Origin: Candidatus Bathyarchaeota archaeon
GTDB lineage: Archaea; Thermoproteota; Bathyarchaeia; Bathyarchaeales; Bathycorpusculaceae
Reading direction: 5' to 3'
DNA: 64,000 nucleotides
Assembly (NCBI GenBank): GCA_963833575.1
Contig: CAWHXY010000001.1
Location: forward strand, 14,130-78,129
The stretch's first letter is position 1. Each line of letters starts with the position of its first letter. Made by a program: the position numbers and the translations under genes. Positions 59,020-64,000 of the stretch are shown here, in pieces. Below the pieces are notes generated by a model. That model was not told the origin of the DNA, did not search any database, and saw only the letters and a program-made list of their open reading frames with translations.

Positions 59020-59367
59020 GTTTACACTGCTTGTTGCTTATGGGTCCTTAAAATATAAATTACTTTTGTAACAAGAAATAGATTCGCAACTGATTTGGCA
59101 GGCTTGGTTTTGAGAACTTTTCTGAGGTGAATTGAACCTGAGAGTTCAAAAAGTCTTGTTTTTACCTTGGAAATCGGCTCAAATCAGGATTAGATTCGCT
59201 AATGATTGGTGGAAGCTGCTTTGGGTACTGTGGAGTTTTGAACTATTCTTCCATTAAATAGATGTGCAATTGAACTCTGGCGACGCAATTATTACGTGAA
59301 AGCACAAAGAACAAGACTGTTTCTACAATGTGATGAATGTTAGACGTATACAATTCTTTAGAAGGGG

Positions 59368-59403
59368 TACTATCCCCAAATAGTATACTGCCCTATAGGG
59401 GTA
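59368..59403. promoter_or_regulatory. Two abutting 18-bp TAC...GTA sites with G/C tracts (CsoR/RcnR-like shape)
   Basis: TACTATCCCCAAATAGTA followed by TACTGCCCTATAGGGGTA. Confidence 0.35.
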
Positions 59404-59588
59404 CTTTGGTTTTAACTCAGTTTCACCGAAAAATAACTTAGGTTACGGCGCCATTTGTGGTCTTCGGCGCTTTTCTGATCCTAAAGAGCTAGGGGGTGAA
59501 TACAATTTTTTCTAAGGGATGCAAGTTAACGTTCATCTTTTCGATAACACGATTATTTTAAGTAAACCGCCCTAGCGCGTGTTTTCCC

Positions 59589-61172
59589 TTAGCTTCGCCT
59601 CGTTTTTTTGCGTTCAGAAATATTTCTGGCAACGCTTAAAACCGCCTGCTTTCCATTGTGAGTTATAAGACTGGCGCTAATCTCAAGTGGAATTTCCTTC
59701 CCATCTTTAGTGAGGTGTATTGTTTCATAAACCTTAGTTCTAACAGTAGCCACGTTACTTATGAGATTTCTAATTTGCTCGAGGTTCAGGCGTTTGTCAA
59801 TGCCTTTGACCCCTAAAGACAACAATTCTTCTTTGGAGTAGCCAAGCACATCAACAGCAGCAGCATTTACCTCAACAAAGTTCCCGTCAAAATCAATAAC
59901 CCAAGCCGAATCGTTCATTCCATTAATCAAGTTTTTGTAATTTGCCTCGCTATCAATTAGAGCCTTTTCAACTTTTTTGCGCACAGTAATATCTGTGACT
60001 ACCCCACGTAAAATAATGCTTCCGTCGTCTCTGACAATTGGTGCAGCGTTCACAATAACTGGAAACTCGGTGCCGTCTTTTCTCAAAAATGTGTACTCAT
60101 TTCCTCCAGAACCGATTCCAGCTAAGGATTGGCTAATATTTCTCTTTGTGTTTTCCCATTCTCTTTCTGGAACCAAGGTAAAAACGCTGAAACCTTTTTC
60201 GAAATCTTCTTTAGAATACCCCAACATTTTGAAGGCTTCCGAATTCACAAAGACAACTTTTCCACGGCTATCAACTTCAAAAATGGGTGCTGGCAGAGCA
60301 TCTACGAGTTCCCTGTACCTAGCTTCACTTTTCTTAACTATCTCCTCAGCTTTCTTTCGTTCAGTAATGTCTTTGCCAAACACGGCGATCGCAAAGGCTT
60401 CGTCCTCTCGTTTTAGGAGATTGAAAGTCATCTCTAAAACTCTTGGCTCCTTCCAAGTTGTATATTCAATTGTAAATGAACCCTGTTCGAGCACTCTCTT
60501 AGAGAGCTCGCGCCATTTTTGGAGAATTGCCTCAGAAGGCAACAATTGCAAGGCACTCATGCCTGCCTCAAGTCGCAGGTTCTGCGTCTTCAGAAAGTGT
60601 TCACTCATTGCTTGGTTGAATGTGAGAAGTCGAAAATCATCGGTACTCATGGACCAAATAAAGTCTCTTGTGCTGTTGACAATTGAGTTAAGCAAAACTT
60701 GCGTTTCCTTAGTTTTAGACTCGGCTCTCTGGCGTGCTACAGTGGATCTAATATAATGAGAGAGTTCCCCGTAGACAGTTTCGGGGTTGCCCTGTTTGTT
60801 TATGTATGCGTCTGCGCCTAAGTTCAATGCTTTGATGGCGATTTCTTCTCTGCCTTTTCCAGTAAACAATATGAAGGGAACTTCATTGTTTTGGTTATTC
60901 AGCTCTTCTAAGAACTGGAGCCCATTTTTCTGGGGCATATCATAATCAGAAATCACCACATCGTAGCGTCCGGCGGATAATTTGCGAAGACCTTCATCAA
61001 CGCAGCAGGCATTATCAATCTCAAAGTTGCCCATATCCATTAGGAGCATTTTTGAGATTTCCCGAATAGACGGGTCGTCATCAACATGCAAAACTAGTAT
61101 AACGTTCTTTGTGTTTGAAGGGGCTAATTTAGTTACTTCTTCAACTATTTTGTTTTGATTGAGGGTTTGTAT
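59589..61172 (-). CDS. Receiver domain + three PAS domains, no output domain
   Basis: REC 'LHVDD', 'SDY.MP..NG', 'LFTG', 'Y.NK'; three PAS/PAC units ending 'DITERK', 'DITVRK', 'NISERK'. The frame is open to 61175, and ATA 61172 is the probable start. Confidence 0.88.
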   Translation of the reverse strand: MQTLNQNKIVEEVTKLAPSNTKNVILVLHVDDDPSIREISKMLLMDMGNFEIDNACCVDEGLRKLSAGRYDVVISDYDMPQKNGLQFLEELNNQNNEVPFILFTGKGREEIAIKALNLGADAYINKQGNPETVYGELSHYIRSTVARQRAESKTKETQVLLNSIVNSTRDFIWSMSTDDFRLLTFNQAMSEHFLKTQNLRLEAGMSALQLLPSEAILQKWRELSKRVLEQGSFTIEYTTWKEPRVLEMTFNLLKREDEAFAIAVFGKDITERKKAEEIVKKSEARYRELVDALPAPIFEVDSRGKVVFVNSEAFKMLGYSKEDFEKGFSVFTLVPEREWENTKRNISQSLAGIGSGGNEYTFLRKDGTEFPVIVNAAPIVRDDGSIILRGVVTDITVRKKVEKALIDSEANYKNLINGMNDSAWVIDFDGNFVEVNAAAVDVLGYSKEELLSLGVKGIDKRLNLEQIRNLISNVATVRTKVYETIHLTKDGKEIPLEISASLITHNGKQAVLSVARNISERKKTRRS

Positions 61173-61567
61173 TAGCTATGCCCCGCAGCCAAAACAGTTA
61201 ATGAATTGATAATAAGTCATTTGCGAATTTAGAATACTAAAAAATAACCTACATTCTAAATGAAATAAATAGACCAGTGACTTTCCAAGATTAATAACAG
61301 TTTAGAAGTTTAAAATGAAAACATTGAAGACATCCCTTTATCACGACTATTTCGAGGTTTCCGCCATTGCAGTAACGGTTGGTTTTAAGTAATCACCTTT
61401 AGTGAAGGTTTAAAGCGTCTTGTTGTTAGGATTGGCCATGAGGCTCAAGTTGCAGTTTACAAAAGAAGTTTGAAGAATTTCCACTTGCGGAACAACTGAC
61501 ACGCGCATAGCCAATCAACCTTACGATTGATTAAATATAAAAAGGCTAACCACGCATAGAGTGCTGC

Positions 61568-62497
61568 ATGAACAAGCTTGTTTCAAGCATAGTTCACGGT
61601 TTAATTAGATTTACAAACAAAAGCTTGGTCAAAAACCTCATCATAATTACTCTTTGCGTAATGTTCGTCTTTATCCAACTTTTCTACCCATACAACTACT
61701 ACGCAACAGCAACAAGACAGCCAAATTCAAGTTTCCAAGTAGGCATTCACTATGTTTACGAACAAGATGACCTCAGTCAAATCTTTGGAGAAGTTACCAA
61801 AATCCACGATTTGGGCTTCAAAGTTATTCGCATAACTCTTGAGTGTAATCCACTTCTAGATAGCGATTTGCAAAATCAGAAAACAGACAGTTTTTTTGCA
61901 GCAACTAATCAATACGGACTAGCTGTTGCGCTGGTCATACAAAATGGTGATAATGCTCAGACGATTAGTTATTATCTTGACCGCTGGGGAAGCAACGTAA
62001 AATATATTCAGATCATGAATGAACCCGAAACATCTTCCAGCTGGAGCGTCGGCGCATTATTTACTGATGACGAAGTCATGTCTAACTTTAATATTATGTA
62101 TTCAACCGTTGAATCCCACCACTTATCAGCACAGTTATACACCAACTTTGGAATAGGCTACATCCTTCGAACCAATCTTCCTATTGACATGAGCAAGAAA
62201 CTTGATTTCGTAGGCTTGGACGTTTACATGGATTCATTCCTCGTTCTGTCTCCGCATATTATACAAAACCTCCAAACAATAACTCACAGAGACGTGATAA
62301 TAACAGAGTTCGGAATGTCAACAAGCGACAGCTCCGCGCAAACCAACTTCATCATCAAAGGACTTAACCTCTTCAAAAGCATGGGCCTCAAAGGCTGCTG
62401 GCTAGTATACTGGAACAGCGAATTTGACAACTACGGAATCCGCGGCACACCCACAGAAAAAGCAGTAGGTGACTGGATTGCACAAAATGCTAAATAA
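61568..62497 (+). CDS. Membrane-anchored clan GH-A-like glycoside hydrolase (TIM barrel)
   Basis: N-terminal TM, 'LGF..IRI', acid/base 'MNEP', 'D..G.D.Y', nucleophile 'ITEFG'. Confidence 0.7.
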   Translation: MNKLVSSIVHGLIRFTNKSLVKNLIIITLCVMFVFIQLFYPYNYYATATRQPNSSFQVGIHYVYEQDDLSQIFGEVTKIHDLGFKVIRITLECNPLLDSDLQNQKTDSFFAATNQYGLAVALVIQNGDNAQTISYYLDRWGSNVKYIQIMNEPETSSSWSVGALFTDDEVMSNFNIMYSTVESHHLSAQLYTNFGIGYILRTNLPIDMSKKLDFVGLDVYMDSFLVLSPHIIQNLQTITHRDVIITEFGMSTSDSSAQTNFIIKGLNLFKSMGLKGCWLVYWNSEFDNYGIRGTPTEKAVGDWIAQNAK

Positions 62498-62930
62498 CAA
62501 CAAAATCTTCAATCATCTTAAAAATTTGCGGTTGATTGAGAAACTGCTTATTCAAGGTCTCGTAATTGCAATCATCTTAATCATCATTCAGGTATTGCTT
62601 GCTAATCTGAGGGAATCATTCATGGTCTATATTCCGCCACTGGGCTTCGCCTTCTTAGAAGCCATAACCTATTTTGTTCAACCACTAATAATCGGCGTAA
62701 TAAACATCATAATAATTAATAGCCTGTACAACACTAAAGGCTGGCAAGTAGGCTTCTGGCTAAACGGCATTTTCCTACTACTTACATTCACAACTCTCAA
62801 TCTTCTATTGCAAACAACCTTCAACTTACCATTTTGGCCAGGCATAGCCATAATCGATCTATTATTATCATTACCTTTCGGTTGCATAGCACGGTTCAGC
62901 AATGGCGGATGGAAAAAACCAATAGACTAA
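62487..62930 (+). CDS. Hypothetical 4-TM membrane protein, overlapping the GH stop
   Basis: Hydrophobic helices; ATG at 62487. Confidence 0.7.
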   Translation: MLNNNKIFNHLKNLRLIEKLLIQGLVIAIILIIIQVLLANLRESFMVYIPPLGFAFLEAITYFVQPLIIGVINIIIINSLYNTKGWQVGFWLNGIFLLLTFTTLNLLLQTTFNLPFWPGIAIIDLLLSLPFGCIARFSNGGWKKPID

Positions 62931-63118
62931 AAAAAGAAAATCGTGTGCTTTTGAACACCCCTTAAAGGCTAATCGTAATCTTTAGCAGTAGAATGCTGTG
63001 TGCTTCCCTAATACATGATTTTTTGACAACATACATGACAAAAAGTATATTTATAATGTATATTAGAAATATATATTAACCTGTAAGCTCTAACCTTGAA
63101 TATAGGAAGGTATAGTCG

Positions 63119-63445
63119 ATACGTAGAAGCAAACTGGAAATAATCGTTGAAATCCTCAATATGCTCGCAAAAACTAGCCCTTTTAAGTTTACTCATATCA
63201 TGCATAAGACCAATGTCAACAACATTGTTCTCAAGGAATATCTTGATTATTTGATTATTCAAAATCTTGTCGAAAAACAAACAATTGGAAAGAAACGTGT
63301 TGTTTTCAGGATTACAGAACGTGGCTTAACTTTACTTAAACAATTTAGAGCAATTCAACAAGCAATCCCGGAAATGGCAGAAAATGAATCAGTTATGATT
63401 GAAGAAAACACTAGGGCGAATGGGGTTGAAAAGCGTTTCCAATAG
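63119..63445 (+). CDS. Archaeal winged-helix regulator (HTH_45/ArnR1-like)
   Basis: 'RRSKLEII.EIL', 'T.IM.K.N.N...LK.YL..L....L', 'ITERG'. The family N-terminus lies upstream of the first ATG, implying an ATA start at 63119. Confidence 0.82.
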   Translation: MRRSKLEIIVEILNMLAKTSPFKFTHIMHKTNVNNIVLKEYLDYLIIQNLVEKQTIGKKRVVFRITERGLTLLKQFRAIQQAIPEMAENESVMIEENTRANGVEKRFQ

Positions 63446-63452
63446 TAGATTT

Positions 63453-63752
63453 ATGACAGGAAAGCGCAAAAGCAAGATAAGGAGTCTCTTCATAGAAGAG
63501 TTTGGGGACATATTGGAGAGTGAACGCCCTAAACAAGAAGAAATAAATCAAATCTTCGACTGGCTAAAAGATGAAGCCAGCTCAGCTTTAAGTTTCGACC
63601 ACATAAACACTATAGATGAATGCAGAAGATATTCTGAAGTGAGACTTCTGAAGTTTTCACTTTCTAAGAATATTGTTTGGAAAAAGTCCAGAGAAGCCCG
63701 TCGTGAACAAGCTCAGCGGTTTGACGAGCTAAGAACAACAAAAAAAAAATAA
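63453..63752 (+). CDS. Hypothetical basic protein
   Basis: ATG 7 nt after the wHTH stop; 99 aa. Confidence 0.5.
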   Translation: MTGKRKSKIRSLFIEEFGDILESERPKQEEINQIFDWLKDEASSALSFDHINTIDECRRYSEVRLLKFSLSKNIVWKKSREARREQAQRFDELRTTKKK

Positions 63753-64000
63753 TAAAGGGCCGCTTTTCAGTTCTCCAAGGACACAAAGAAGAAGAAAAGG
63801 CGCTTCCTTCAAGCTGATATATCACGAATCCACAAAATAGCCAAATCATTCTCAGTTTCAAACGGATTGTCTAAGTCAATGTTTTGTTTAAGAGCTTGAT
63901 TTTCTTTGCATAACTCTTCTGACTCGAAGGTTTAAGATTTCTCAGCTCCCAGAGTGCTTTGACAATTTTTTCGTTGATTTGACTACGAGAGCTGCTGGTA

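Noticed and set aside
59977-60756. 259-aa plus-strand ORF
   Set aside because: Antisense shadow of the REC-PAS gene with no motifs; the same applies to the other short overlapping ORFs in the track, such as 29157-29702 and 6957-7400.

Overview
Archaeal chromosomal window, most likely Bathyarchaeia (inferred from RadA, tandem PurP genes, an aEF-2 paralog, tRNA-Ile2, BRE/TATA promoters, T-tract terminators and expanded PQQ-like beta-propeller surface proteins). The left two-thirds is mostly core or metabolic. It holds an ACT protein, an ADP-forming acyl-CoA synthetase-GNAT fusion, hoxEFUYH followed by hdrCB-mvhGA (no hdrA/mvhD) and hycI, purE(class II)-purC-purP-like-purP, a diphthamide-less EF-2 paralog with ogg1, tRNA(CAU), a tungsten AOR with its FeS partner, three beta-propeller surface proteins, rqcH and radA. 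The right third is accessory: secreted and membrane hypotheticals, lsrF with a Zn-dehydrogenase, nfeD, a bacterial-type TetR/ABC module with four operators, a REC-PAS protein and a GH-A-like hydrolase. No CRISPR array, rRNA, transposase or integrase was seen. The most unusual signals are non-coding. (1) A stem-flanked inverted copy of the RBS/start region of the beta-propeller family sits just downstream of one member (1814-1926), a candidate antisense or decoy RNA. (2) Drifting 10-nt-period repeat arrays occur at 41391-41630. (3) Several genes appear to need ATA or CTG starts. (4) There are several palindromic operator arrays. All family calls are by motif recognition by eye; no database searches were run.
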